NCBI GenBank assembly: GCA_965215925.1
Contig: CBDCEQ010000003.1
Location: 288,368 to 352,367 of the forward strand
Direction of reading: 5' to 3'
DNA length: 64,000 nucleotides
Origin: Longimicrobiales bacterium
GTDB lineage: Bacteria; Gemmatimonadota; Gemmatimonadetes; Longimicrobiales; Gaopeijiaceae
Of this stretch, positions 1 through 10,164 are shown in pieces (positions within the stretch are counted from its first letter, which is position 1; every line of letters begins with the position of its first letter). The notes below the pieces were generated by a model, which worked only from the letters and a program-made list of their open reading frames with translations, did not search any database and was not told the origin of the DNA. The translations under genes and the position numbers were made by a program.

Positions 1-2112
1 GAAAGAGCTCCCACCGTCAACGGAATCCTGGACGAGGAGGTTTGGGCACGGGCGGCGTTGATCGACGAGTTCGTTCAGCAAGAGCCCACCGAGGGCGCCC
101 CCGGCACTGAGCGCACGGAGGTTCGCGTCCTCAACGACGGAGCGAATCTCTACGTGGGGGTGCTCGCGTTCGATTCCTCCCCTGAGGATGTCGTTGCCAC
201 GGAGATGCGGCGGGATGGGAGCCAGATCCTGAACGAGGACAGTTTCCAGATCATTCTAGACACATTCATGGATTCTCGGTCGGCGTACATGTTCGTTGTG
301 AGCCCGCTGGGAGCCATGCTCGATCAGCAGGTCTTTCAGGAGGGCGAGGGCGGCCGAAGGGGGCTCAGCTCGAACATCAATCTCGAGTGGGACGGCGTAT
401 GGGATGCATCTGCGCGCAGGACCCCGGAGGGTTGGACGGCAGAGATTCGGATCCCGATGGTGACGCTCCGGTTTCCGAGTTCTTCCCGCCAGTCATGGGG
501 GATCAATTTCATGCGGACGATTCCCCACCTGAACGAAGTGCTCTTCTGGGCCCCGATTCCTCGAGCGTACGGGCTCACGCGGGTGAGCCTAGCAGGCACG
601 CTGAATGGACTCGAGGACCTCAACAGAGGACGAGATCTCCGAATCAAGCCCTACATGGCTGCCGGAGGCGAAGAGGAGCTCAGTGAGGGCGATTGGAGTC
701 GCTCGAGCACCGCCGATGTTGGGCTAGATCTCAAATACGGAATCACGCCGAGTCTAAACCTAGACCTGACCGTCAACACCGATTTCGCTCAAGCGGAGGC
801 GGACAACGAGCAGGTAAACTTGACGCGGTTTCCCCTCTTCTTCCCAGAGAAACGGGACTTCTTCCTCGAGAATGCGGGACAATTCAACGTCGGGACGACA
901 GGCTCAGGCCAGCGGGCCAACCTGTTCTTTACTCGCCGGATCGGGATCGACGATTCCGGCGGGCAGGTTCCGATCCTTGGGGGCGCGAGGCTGACCGGAA
1001 AGGTGGGGCAGAACAACATCGCGGTCATGGATATCCAGACCGATGATGCATTCGGGAACCCCGGCGAGAACTTCCTCGTGGCCCGGTACAGCCGAGACAT
1101 TCTTGGCCGCTCGAAGGTGGGCGGGCTCGTCGTGAACCGGCAGGCCTCGAGCGGTGGCGACTACAACCGAACCTTCGCAGCGGATGCCACATTTGCGCTT
1201 GGGTCGAGTCTTTCCGTGAATGGCTTCCTCGCCCAAACCGAGAGCCCAGGGATTGCTTCGGAGGACCGCGCCGCATACTTCCGGGCTCACTATCTGACCC
1301 AGGCGTGGGACATCTACCTAGATCACGTCGATCTCGGAAACAATTTCAATCCGGAGTCGGGCTTCGTCCCAAGGGTGGGGGTCCGGTCGACCAAGTTCCA
1401 CGTCAATCGGACTCCCAGGCCGGGCAGGTGGGGGATCCGGGTGATGACGCCGATGGTGCACATGGTCTACACCACGGACCAGAACGGGCTTCTCGTCTAC
1501 AGAGAGCTGCACCATATGATCCGGTTCACGTTCGAGAACAGCGCGAACCTCACCTTCATCTACAACAAGAATTTCGAGCGCCTCGGCAGTGATGAGGGAT
1601 TCACCGTATCGGATGCCGAGATTATTCCAGGAGAGTACAATTTTTACTGGGCCAATATGGCTTTTAGCAGCAACCCATCTCAACGGATCAGCTACGGTGT
1701 CGCCTACCAGCCGCAGGGTTATTTCGGAGGGGATCGTAAGGATCTGTCGTTAAATCTCGGAGCTCGGATCACCTCACAGTTCTCGCTGGGCGCGGAATTC
1801 CGTCGGAGCGACGTCGACAATCTTCCCAGTGGTGGCGGCTTCGTGACCGAGCTTGGCGCCCTCCGGGTCGATTACACGTTCTCGCCGGCGTTCAGCCTCC
1901 GAACGCTGAGCCAGTACAACTCCACCAGCGAGCAGTGGAGCACGAGCGCGCGGCTCCGGTACATCTATCGCCCCGGGAGCGATATTTACGTGGTTTACGA
2001 CGAAGTGCGTCGAGACGTCAATGGAGTCCCACTGGGGGCAGTCCCCCTGGGGACGGAATTGTTCCGAGATCGTCGACTCATCATCAAGGCGACCTTTCTT
2101 CTGTCACTGTAG
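1..2112 (+). CDS. DUF5916 / carbohydrate-binding-family-9-like outer-membrane protein (5' end outside window)
   Basis: Frame 1 is open from base 1 (ERAPTVNGILDEEVWARAA precedes the listed Met at 58). 684-aa ORF. The N-terminal FVQQEP..G.PGTERTEVRVLNDGANLYVGV motif and long beta-rich C-terminus recall this family from memory. TAG stop at 2110-2112. Confidence 0.6.
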   Translation, partial: ERAPTVNGILDEEVWARAALIDEFVQQEPTEGAPGTERTEVRVLNDGANLYVGVLAFDSSPEDVVATEMRRDGSQILNEDSFQIILDTFMDSRSAYMFVVSPLGAMLDQQVFQEGEGGRRGLSSNINLEWDGVWDASARRTPEGWTAEIRIPMVTLRFPSSSRQSWGINFMRTIPHLNEVLFWAPIPRAYGLTRVSLAGTLNGLEDLNRGRDLRIKPYMAAGGEEELSEGDWSRSSTADVGLDLKYGITPSLNLDLTVNTDFAQAEADNEQVNLTRFPLFFPEKRDFFLENAGQFNVGTTGSGQRANLFFTRRIGIDDSGGQVPILGGARLTGKVGQNNIAVMDIQTDDAFGNPGENFLVARYSRDILGRSKVGGLVVNRQASSGGDYNRTFAADATFALGSSLSVNGFLAQTESPGIASEDRAAYFRAHYLTQAWDIYLDHVDLGNNFNPESGFVPRVGVRSTKFHVNRTPRPGRWGIRVMTPMVHMVYTTDQNGLLVYRELHHMIRFTFENSANLTFIYNKNFERLGSDEGFTVSDAEIIPGEYNFYWANMAFSSNPSQRISYGVAYQPQGYFGGDRKDLSLNLGARITSQFSLGAEFRRSDVDNLPSGGGFVTELGALRVDYTFSPAFSLRTLSQYNSTSEQWSTSARLRYIYRPGSDIYVVYDEVRRDVNGVPLGAVPLGTELFRDRRLIIKATFLLSL

Positions 2113-2316
2113 GCGGAAGCGATCGAGATTAGACGGGTGGGAGCGACGATGGTTTCGGTCATCGAAGATGGGGATGAAGACTTCGAACAGATGGTGGCCG
2201 AGCGCGAGCGTATGCAGAACCGGCCCGCAGCTGACGACGGGGGATGAACCGGGGGCAGAAGGATAGGTGAAGAGGCCGAATCTGCGAATCTGAAAAGCAG
2301 ACGTTTCGGCGGTAAG

Positions 2317-2350
2317 CCCGGCGCGGAGCAGTTCCGCGCCGGGCTGTTTT
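2317..2350 (+). terminator. Rho-independent terminator (11-bp GC stem, 5-nt loop, T tract)
   Basis: CCCGGCGCGGA (2317-2327) pairs perfectly with TCCGCGCCGGG (2333-2343), followed by CTGTTTT (2344-2350). The reverse strand has no T tract. Confidence 0.6.
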
Positions 2351-2490
2351 GAGTCGAGATCGCCCGCATCGTGGCGGAGCTGGGTGGCCACGAATCGCTG
2401 AATAGTTCAGCTGATCGCGAGGCAAACCATGTGCTTTTCCACACACATGTTCCCGTGGGATACCACGTGTGGCTCCCGCTAGAAGGGAGC

Positions 2491-2706
2491 CTAGATATCG
2501 CTCTCCGATGAACGACCGACTCCAGCCGGATCCTCCTCACTTCCCACGATCCGCTTAGGCTTGCTCGCGAAGATACCCCAAAACATCAGGAGGAGCAGGA
2601 GAAAGACTACCACCCAGAAAACATCGAGAGACCCTGCTCGTGGAGTGTCGGCCTGAAACACCACCCATGTCGTTAGAACCAGGACGAAGTATGTGAGCAG
2701 TCTCAA
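2491..2706 (-). CDS. small hydrophobic membrane protein (hypothetical)
   Basis: 71-aa ORF with two hydrophobic stretches (LLTYFVLVLTTWVVF, FWVVVFLLLLLMFWGIF). No recognisable family. Confidence 0.35.
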   Translation of the reverse strand: MRLLTYFVLVLTTWVVFQADTPRAGSLDVFWVVVFLLLLLMFWGIFASKPKRIVGSEEDPAGVGRSSESDI

Positions 2707-3003
2707 CGGACTAGGCCTCGTCTCTTCATGAGTTCATTGCTTGGCCAAGGTCGCACTAGACAGTCGGATCTTAAGGGACGATTACCCTGATCGAACCGCA
2801 AGAGGAACGATTCATTACGAGCCGTTGCTGGTCGGAGGAACAATGTCACGTGGTGCCGCCCCGAGAACGCTCCGCCTCCTGCTTGCCCTGGGCGTTCTGG
2901 GCGCGTCGCTGAGTTGGGACAACAGCCCATGGATCAACAGCTCGGTCCGGTAAGTCAGTCTAGCTGAAGTCAGTGACTGAACCCATCTCCCTCTCTACGC
3001 CGA

Positions 3004-4159
3004 ATGGAGATCGCCATGCTAGGAAAAAGACATCCGAGGTCCGGGTTTCGCCTCGGCTCTCTCACGATCGCCACGGCCCTTTCCTTGTCGGTGCTCTCGG
3101 TGGAACGAGGCCTCGCGCAGCAGACTGGAGATGCGACGTTCCGGCTCCTGACCTTTGAGGTCGCCGAGAGCGGCCCGCGCTTAGGAACCACACGGGGAAC
3201 CGGTGATCAAGATATCATAGACATGCACAACGCTATCACCTATCTGTACCGTGCGGATGCGCCCGAGGTGCAGACGTTGCCAGCGATTCCGATTGACATG
3301 CGATCATTGATCGAGGCCGGCGACGTGCCAATTCAGGCGGTTCGCTCCCTGCACGATACCATGACCAGGATCAGGACTGCCGGGAACTTCGAGGAGCCGG
3401 GTGGAAGTCAGCGTGTGTTTCATCCATCGGCGAGCGTCGGGTACCTGCCCCCGATCCCCAATCCTTCCAAGCTCATGTCCTTGGCCGGAGCCTACCAGCG
3501 GAGGCAGGCGGACGGTACACCCGGTAGTTATGACGACGCCGAATATCCGAGCTTCTTCTTCAAGTCTCCGGCTTCGCTCACGGGACATGAGACCAATATC
3601 AATCTGTGGGGCTTGCTGACGAGAGGCGTGTATGAGCCGGAGTTCGCCTTTGTGATCGGCAAAACCGCTCGAGCTGTACCCGCGTCGGAGGCCCTGGACT
3701 ATGTGGTGGGCTACACGATGATGAATGACGTGAGCTCACGCGATCTCCCTCAGGGAAGCCACGGACAGCAGGGGGGGGTCCATGAGCAAGTCGTTGGACA
3801 CGTTTACCCCGCTTGGCCCATACCTCACCCTGAAGGAGGACGTCTCGAACCCAAACGATATGAATGTCGCAGGAGTGGTGGATGGGGAGCTCCACGAATG
3901 GCCCATACCGAACGGAAACACATCGTTTCTCAGCTTCAGCGTGGAGCAGACGATCGCCTACCTCAGCGAGCGCATGACGCTCCTACCGGGAGATGTGATC
4001 GCAACCGGAGTGCCGCAGCCCAGCATGTTTTTTGCCGAGGGGCAGGTCGTCGAGGTGATAATCGGGAACCTCGGGACACTGCGGAATAGGGTGGTCTCAG
4101 TGCCTATTCCCGGGCATACCCCCATCCCTCCAAGGGTGGTGACAGGAGGCAGTCGGTAG
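3004..4159 (+). pseudogene. fumarylacetoacetate hydrolase (FAH) family protein, split by a frameshift in a G8 run
   Basis: ORF 3004..4089 carries ...GYTMMNDVSSRDLPQG. ORF 3782..4159 in the adjacent frame carries SKSLDTFTPLGPYL...GDVIATGVP, the FAH core. The frames switch at GGGGGGGG 3771-3778. The N-terminus looks like a signal peptide. Confidence 0.75.
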
Positions 4160-4264
4160 CCGTTTACACGCACCCGTCTTGCGTCGCGGGGGACGCGGGA
4201 GGGAGTGGCTAGCCAGAGCCTCTAATCGGGTACCATTCAGGAGCCTACGAACTCACGGTTGACC

Positions 4265-4762
4265 CTAATCTCCGTCAGTGAGTTGGGTCGTGACCACCGG
4301 GCCGACACCCATGATCTGGACGGTGACCTCTTCATCCTTTGCCATATCGTAGTGATGGCCGTTCGGAGGCTCGTATAGGAAGCTACCGGCCTCCACCCTG
4401 GTCATATTGTCGGGATCGTAGACGTCCGATGCCTGACCGGTCGAAACCCACCAGGTGCCCTTGATCACGTTGATGAGGCGGGCCTGATCGTGGAAGTGGG
4501 GCCGGCTACCCCGCCCGGGAGCAAACGTGATCCGGATCACATAGAGCCCAGGCTGGGAGGGATCTCCGACGACGTTCGTCCGTGTGCCGCCTTCGGGGGG
4601 AAAGAGGTCGTCGGGCTGGGCAATGACGAACCCTTCTGCGTCCGGCTGCAGAGCCTCGGCCGAGACTGCCGCGCGCATAGCCTGGGCCGAGACTGCCTCG
4701 GCGCCTAGCAGCAGAGTGCCGAGCAGGCATGCCGAGAGCGTGATCGGTCGTGTGCGTTTCAT
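4265..4762 (-). CDS. secreted cupin-domain protein
   Basis: 165-aa ORF with signal peptide MKRTRPITLSACLLGTLLLGAEAVSAQA. Cupin-like G.RPHFH...G...P.G..H motifs. Confidence 0.65.
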   Translation of the reverse strand: MKRTRPITLSACLLGTLLLGAEAVSAQAMRAAVSAEALQPDAEGFVIAQPDDLFPPEGGTRTNVVGDPSQPGLYVIRITFAPGRGSRPHFHDQARLINVIKGTWWVSTGQASDVYDPDNMTRVEAGSFLYEPPNGHHYDMAKDEEVTVQIMGVGPVVTTQLTDGD

Positions 4763-4881
4763 GACTTCCTTCCTTAAGGGTCAGGGGTGCAGAGTGCGAG
4801 GGATCGGCATTTTCACGCGGTGCGAGCCGGATGTCAAATCCGAAAGCCATACGGTCCTCTACCTTCTTTCCTCTCCGCCCT

Positions 4882-6087
4882 CTACCTGACTGCCGCACGC
4901 AGGACCTGGGCGAGCGCGCCCACATCCTCCTCGTTGTTGTATACGTTCGGAGATACCCGGAGGGATGTTCCCCGAAAGGAGACGACGATGCTGCGCGCGT
5001 GTAAGGCGTCACGCATCGCGGCTAGGTTCACCGTATCCGGCATCCGTAGGCCGAAGAGGTGGCTCGAACGCCAAGCCTCTTCCTCCACTTGGTAGCCAAG
5101 GTTCTTCGCCTCATCGAGAAGGTCGCGGGTGAGCGCACGGCAATACTCCTGAATCCTGATGGGTGACCACTCCAGAAGGAGCTCGAGGCTCGCCTGGGCA
5201 ATCGGTGCCAGAAAGAAGCTGGCCCGCTCTGCCATATCGTATCGCACAGCACCGGGCGCGTAGCCTCCCTCATAATCCGCCAGGTTCTGGAAGTCCTTGC
5301 TTCCTTCGCGTGCGATCCAGGTCTCCTCGAGCGGCGAACCGTCGTCGAACCGGGGCCCAAAATAGGCCAAAGAGAGAGAGTACGGTCCTAGGAGCCACTT
5401 GTATGTCGTGCACAGGACGACGTCGGGCTGGACGCTCGTAACATCCAGATCTAGCGCGCCGACCGACTGGGTCGCGTCGATCACGAGCGCTGCGCCGACC
5501 TCCCGACATCGACGTCCCACCTCGACCAGGTCGAAGAGGGTCCCGTCGGTCCAGTGAACGTTTGGCACCGAAACGACCGCCGTTCCGGAGTCGATCGCCT
5601 CAATCAGTCGCTCGTTCCAGCCCTGTCCGCGCCCCTGACCGTCCGGCGGATATGCGATTCGCAGCTCGGCTCCGGACTCCTCAGCGATCCGCTTCCACGA
5701 GTAATAGGCTGAGGGAAACTGCTCGTGAGGGATGACGATGTTCTGATTCGACCCGACCGGAAGATTGCGCGCGGCCGTCGCGGTTCCGTACGAGACACCA
5801 GGCTGAATCGCGATCCGGGCAGGATCATCGGCATGAAGTAGACGGGCGAACAGCACTCTCAGCTCGTCCGTCTCCCAGAACGCCTCGGATGGTATGATCG
5901 GGAGTCGCTTCCGCCGGATCGCATCGAATCCGGCCTCCTCCGAGACGCGAGGCAGCGGTCCCATCCGCGCGCAGTCTAGATAATGGGTGTCGGACGGAAG
6001 CTGGAAGACGTCGAGTTGGCAGCGGAGGGGTTCATCCACGTGCGCCCCCTCTGAAAGAGGCGTCCCCGTTGGCCCCCACCCATGCAT
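4882..6087 (-). CDS. aminotransferase class V-fold PLP-dependent enzyme
   Basis: 401-aa ORF with YLDCARMGPLP near the N-terminus, DATQSVG, and TTYKWLLGPY (putative PLP lysine). The true start may be internal, since the ORF overlaps the upstream gene by 56 nt. Confidence 0.7.
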   Translation of the reverse strand: MHGWGPTGTPLSEGAHVDEPLRCQLDVFQLPSDTHYLDCARMGPLPRVSEEAGFDAIRRKRLPIIPSEAFWETDELRVLFARLLHADDPARIAIQPGVSYGTATAARNLPVGSNQNIVIPHEQFPSAYYSWKRIAEESGAELRIAYPPDGQGRGQGWNERLIEAIDSGTAVVSVPNVHWTDGTLFDLVEVGRRCREVGAALVIDATQSVGALDLDVTSVQPDVVLCTTYKWLLGPYSLSLAYFGPRFDDGSPLEETWIAREGSKDFQNLADYEGGYAPGAVRYDMAERASFFLAPIAQASLELLLEWSPIRIQEYCRALTRDLLDEAKNLGYQVEEEAWRSSHLFGLRMPDTVNLAAMRDALHARSIVVSFRGTSLRVSPNVYNNEEDVGALAQVLRAAVR

Positions 6088-7267
6088 CCACGACTACAGA
6101 TGTCGTGATCTGACCGAACAGGTTCACGGTGCTCCGGAACATGTCGGGAATTCGGTCGATGCCCAGCAGGATCGTGAGACCGGAGAGCGGGATCCCTAGC
6201 GTGTCGAGCGCGGGGGCGAGCGTCACGACGCCCGACGAGGGTACCGGCGCAACGGTCAGCGAAACGAGGAACGTCGCGAGAACCGCTCCGCCCACTGCCG
6301 TGGCCGGCATCGGTATCTCGAACAGGTACGCGAGAAAGACGATTGCGGCCCCCTGAAAAAGCGCGCTCCCTGCCCGATACATCGATGCCCCGAGCGGGAG
6401 AACCAGATCTGCGACCGTCTCGGAAACGCCTAGTTTATCCTTTGCCTCTTCCAGTGTTACTGGTAGGGCGGCCGCTGTGCTCGTCGTCGAGAACGCAAGC
6501 GATGCCGCACCCAATGTCCCATGCAGGAATTGAAGCGGGCCGATCCCTCCGACCAGCTTCAGGAGCGGCATATAAACGATGGCGACGTACACGCCGAGGC
6601 CGAGCACGACACAGATGACGAAGACCGCCAAGCTCTGAATGAGTCCCCACCCGAGCTGAGCGGTCACGGGTGCAGCGAGCCCGTAGATCCCAATCGGAGC
6701 GGTCCATAGGATCCACCAGACAAGCCTGATGAGCGCGTCCCCGGCCGCCTCAGCGAATCCTACGAGTCGGACGCGTGACACGTCTTCAAGCGTGCCGGCC
6801 GCCGCTCCGAAGAGAGCGGTGAAAACGATCAGCGGGAGGAGAGATCCCGCGCTTGCGGCGGCGAAGGGATTGCTCGGGATCAGGCTCACCAGGAACTCGA
6901 CCAGGCTCGGGAGCTCCTGCGCCTCACGGGGTGCGGCCGAGGGGACGGCGATCTCGGGTGCGAACCCGAGGCCAATCCACATTGTGCCCATCCCGATCAC
7001 GATCGCCGGAAACACGGTGACCCAGAAGAAGGCCAAGGTCGTGCCGCCGAGACGACCTAGTTTTCTAGGGTCCCCCAGATTCGCCACGCCAGTGAAGATC
7101 ACGGCCATCACAAGCGGGATCACGACCATGCGAATCGCGTTAACAAAAGCGGTACCGAGCGGTGCTGAGGCCAGAGCCACTGTCATCATGAGGTCGGAAC
7201 CGGCGGCGGCGAGCAGGCCCGTTCCCAGCCCTAGGATGAGTCCCCCGGCGATCGCGATGTGGAGCAT
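6032..7267 (-). CDS. dicarboxylate/amino acid:cation symporter (DAACS, GltP-like)
   Basis: 411-aa polytopic membrane ORF with DAACS-like segments (AAALPVTLE, LPLGASMYRAGSA, GIDRIPDMFRSTVNLFG). Confidence 0.8.
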   Translation of the reverse strand: MLHIAIAGGLILGLGTGLLAAAGSDLMMTVALASAPLGTAFVNAIRMVVIPLVMAVIFTGVANLGDPRKLGRLGGTTLAFFWVTVFPAIVIGMGTMWIGLGFAPEIAVPSAAPREAQELPSLVEFLVSLIPSNPFAAASAGSLLPLIVFTALFGAAAGTLEDVSRVRLVGFAEAAGDALIRLVWWILWTAPIGIYGLAAPVTAQLGWGLIQSLAVFVICVVLGLGVYVAIVYMPLLKLVGGIGPLQFLHGTLGAASLAFSTTSTAAALPVTLEEAKDKLGVSETVADLVLPLGASMYRAGSALFQGAAIVFLAYLFEIPMPATAVGGAVLATFLVSLTVAPVPSSGVVTLAPALDTLGIPLSGLTILLGIDRIPDMFRSTVNLFGQITTSVVVDAWVGANGDASFRGGARG

Positions 7268-7536
7268 TCCGATTCCTTGGTCGGGTCGCGGTTACGACAC
7301 GGAGGACCAATTCTTGTTCGTACGGTGGTTGAGTTCGGGCGGCGGCAAGGTCGTGCGATCGAGGAGGGTCGGCAAGCGGCCAGCCGAGGCGAGGTTCCTC
7401 GCATGACCGCCCGACTCGACCGAGATCATCAATTGCCACTCGATTGGACGATACCTCAAGTGCGCCCCACATTGGCGTACCGGGCTGGTCTACTGACCCC
7501 TAACGGAGGAAACCGCGATGAGCGGGACGCAAACTC

Positions 7537-7929
7537 GTGACTGGCGCCCTGGTGGCGTTTCTGGTGGCGTTCCTTCTCTCAGGCCTCTGGCATGTCGCGC
7601 TGATGGGCGAATTCTACGAGTCGGTTGCGGTGGGAGCCCGAGAGGCTCCTCTCATGTGGGCGGTTGGCCTAGGATACCTAATCGTCGGTCTGATCATGGC
7701 CTACATGTATCCGAAGGGTTACCAAGGAGGCTCGCCCCTCGGGGAGGGTCTGAAGTTCGGGGCGCTCATCGGGCTCCTCTGGTGGTTGCCGACGAACATC
7801 GTGTTCTATGGAATCCTTGAGGGCCCGGCCTCTGTGATTTTCGTCGACTCGGCATGGCATATAGTTGAGGAAGGCCTCGCCGGCGCAGCCCTGGCCCTGG
7901 TGTACGGACAGGGGCTAAAGAAAGACTAG
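7537..7929 (+). CDS. membrane protein, DUF1761/DUF2177-like (hypothetical)
   Basis: 130-aa ORF with four hydrophobic helices. The family assignment is tentative. Confidence 0.4.
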   Translation: MTGALVAFLVAFLLSGLWHVALMGEFYESVAVGAREAPLMWAVGLGYLIVGLIMAYMYPKGYQGGSPLGEGLKFGALIGLLWWLPTNIVFYGILEGPASVIFVDSAWHIVEEGLAGAALALVYGQGLKKD

Positions 7930-8063
7930 AAACCGGTTGAGCCAGCGTGGCCTCGGCATCGGGAGACGCTCGAGGAAGCCGGAATCGTATGCGGGGCACT
8001 GATGCTACTGTGGTCCAAGGGGGCTGCGGTGGCCGCTGACCGAGCAACAGCTAGGTACTGTCT

Positions 8064-8938
8064 ATGAAATACCGGAGCCTCGGCTCGGACACCCGCGAGG
8101 TCTCGTGCGTGGAGTACGGCGGAATGCACCTATCGATCGTCGACCGTCCCGACGAGGGCACTGCCATCAACACGATTCACGCCTCGCTCGATCACGGCGT
8201 TACACTGATCGATACAGCGGACGTCTACTGTTTGGACCACACAGAGATCGGCCACAACGAGCGGCTATTGCGAAGGCGCTGAGCCAGTGGTCCGGCGACC
8301 GAGACTCGATCACTGTAGCCACCAAGGCCGGAATGGAGAGGCCCGACGGCGCGTGGCACCACAACGGCGATCCACGACACATCAAGTCCGCCTGTGACGC
8401 GTCCCTCACGGCGTTAGACCTAGATCATATCGATCTCTACCAGTATCACGCTCCGGATTCGGGCGTCCCGTTCACCGACAGCGTGGGCGCTTTCAGAGAG
8501 CTTCAGGATGCCGGGAAGGTGCGATGGGTTGGTCTATCCAACGTGTCGGTTGCCCAGATCGAGGAGGCCAAGACCGTTGCCGATATCAAGACGGTACAGA
8601 ATCGATTGAACCCGTTCTTCCGTGAGGCGCTTGGGCGCGGGGTGCTCGACTACTGCGATTCGCACGACATCGCGTTTCTGGCATATAGTCCCGTAGGCGG
8701 CGGGCGCCTGAACCAGAAGCTTCCAGATCATACGGTGTTGAGACCCATCGCGGATGCCCACGGTACGACACCGCACGCGGTAGTCCTTGCGTGGGTCCTG
8801 GCGCAGTCACCCTCCACGATCATCATCCCAGCAGCTCGCTCGGCCAGGAACGCCATTAATTCCACCACCGTGCCCCACGTCGAACTTACCAATCGCGATT
8901 TGGGTGCGATCGATCGTGCGGAGTTTTCGACCACCTGA
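8064..8938 (+). pseudogene. aldo/keto reductase, split by a 1-nt frameshift
   Basis: ORF 8064..8282 gives MKYRSLG...GVTLIDTADVYC...GHNERLL. The adjacent frame continues AIAKALSQW...ATKAG...DLYQYHAPD...VRWVGLSNV...VQNRLNP...AYSPVGGG. The frames switch near 8261-8270. Confidence 0.8.
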
Positions 8939-8963
8939 ACTCGTTCCTCAACAAGGCGGAGAA

Positions 8964-10007
8964 ATGAAAACGCGCTACACGACTCTTCTCTTGGCCCTCT
9001 GTGCGATCGCCCTACACGGCCTGACGTCAACGGCAGCGGCGCAATCCCCGACCACCGACGCTAGAGGCTGGGAGGTTCCCCGAACATCGGATGGCCACCC
9101 AGACCTGCAAGGCAATTGGACGAACGGGACGCTCACGCCCTTTGAGCGCGAGGAGGGTAGGGGTCCAGTGTTCACATCGGCGGAGGTCGAAGTCCTTGAG
9201 CGGGGAATTGAGGGGTGTCCCGCAAACCCGGGGACCGTCGAGTGCGGAAGGGTGGACAATCAAGCGGACGGGTCTCTGAGCAGTGAGCGTCGCCTGAGCG
9301 GCGCTGAGTACAATGAGGTCTACTGGGATCGTGGCTCGACGATTGCGATCGTCAACGGTGAGCCGCGAACCTCCCTGCTGACCCACCCAGCGGACGGGCG
9401 CCGACCCCCACTGACGCCGGAAGGTGAACGGCGGGTAGCGGAGTACAGCGCGCTCCGGGACCAGTTTGGCCCCTACGACCACCCCGAGCTTCGACCGCTT
9501 GCGGAAAGGTGCATCAGCCCACGCGCCGCGGGTCCACCGATGCTTCCTGGGGGCTACAACAACAACTACACGATCGTCCAGAACGCCGATCACGTGATGA
9601 TCGTGACAGAGATGGTGCACGACCTACGGATCATCCGGCTCGGCGAGCCCGAGGCTTCTCCTAAGGACTTGCGTCCTTGGCACGGTGATTCGTGGGGACG
9701 TTGGGAAGGGAATACGCTTGTCATCGAGACAACCAACATTCATCCCGATCAGATGTTCAGGGGGATTCTTCCGACAGAGAGCCTGAAGGTGATCGAGCGT
9801 CTCACGCGGGCCGACCAGGAGACTATCCTCTATGAGTTCACACTCGAGGACCCGACGACCTACACGGAATCCTGGGGAGGCCAAATCCCGCTCAAGAGAT
9901 TCGAGGACCGGCTCTACGAATACGCTTGTCACGAGGGTAACTACTCTTTCTCTGGCGTACTCAGCGGTGCCCGATATCAGGAAAGGCTGGAGGCGGAGCA
10001 ACGATGA
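8964..10007 (+). CDS. secreted hypothetical protein
   Basis: ATG at 8964 is preceded by GGCGGAG. Signal peptide MKTRYTTLLLALCAIALHGLTSTAAAQ. The listed ORF 8787..10007 starts upstream inside the AKR gene. Confidence 0.5.
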   Translation: MKTRYTTLLLALCAIALHGLTSTAAAQSPTTDARGWEVPRTSDGHPDLQGNWTNGTLTPFEREEGRGPVFTSAEVEVLERGIEGCPANPGTVECGRVDNQADGSLSSERRLSGAEYNEVYWDRGSTIAIVNGEPRTSLLTHPADGRRPPLTPEGERRVAEYSALRDQFGPYDHPELRPLAERCISPRAAGPPMLPGGYNNNYTIVQNADHVMIVTEMVHDLRIIRLGEPEASPKDLRPWHGDSWGRWEGNTLVIETTNIHPDQMFRGILPTESLKVIERLTRADQETILYEFTLEDPTTYTESWGGQIPLKRFEDRLYEYACHEGNYSFSGVLSGARYQERLEAEQR

Positions 10008-10164
10008 GTGATACTCGATAGAATTCCGCATCAAGCTCGGCCGACAATTCAGATGCCGCCCTAACCTCGGTCCCTCTCTCCTTCCTTCTTTCCTTTCTCT
10101 TCGTTTTCTCGGATTCCCAAACAGTGTCACGGACTCGGCACGCGAAGCTCCCCCAGAGGCCCCG

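Noticed and set aside
1995-2540. A 181-aa minus-strand ORF spanning the intergenic region after the first gene.
   Set aside because: It overlaps the 3' end of the DUF5916-like gene and the plus-strand terminator. It has shadow-ORF composition and no recognisable motifs.
8787-8963. The long upstream extension of the 8787..10007 ORF.
   Set aside because: The extension overlaps the aldo/keto reductase C-terminus in another frame. The internal ATG at 8964 has an SD-like sequence and is immediately followed by a canonical signal peptide.
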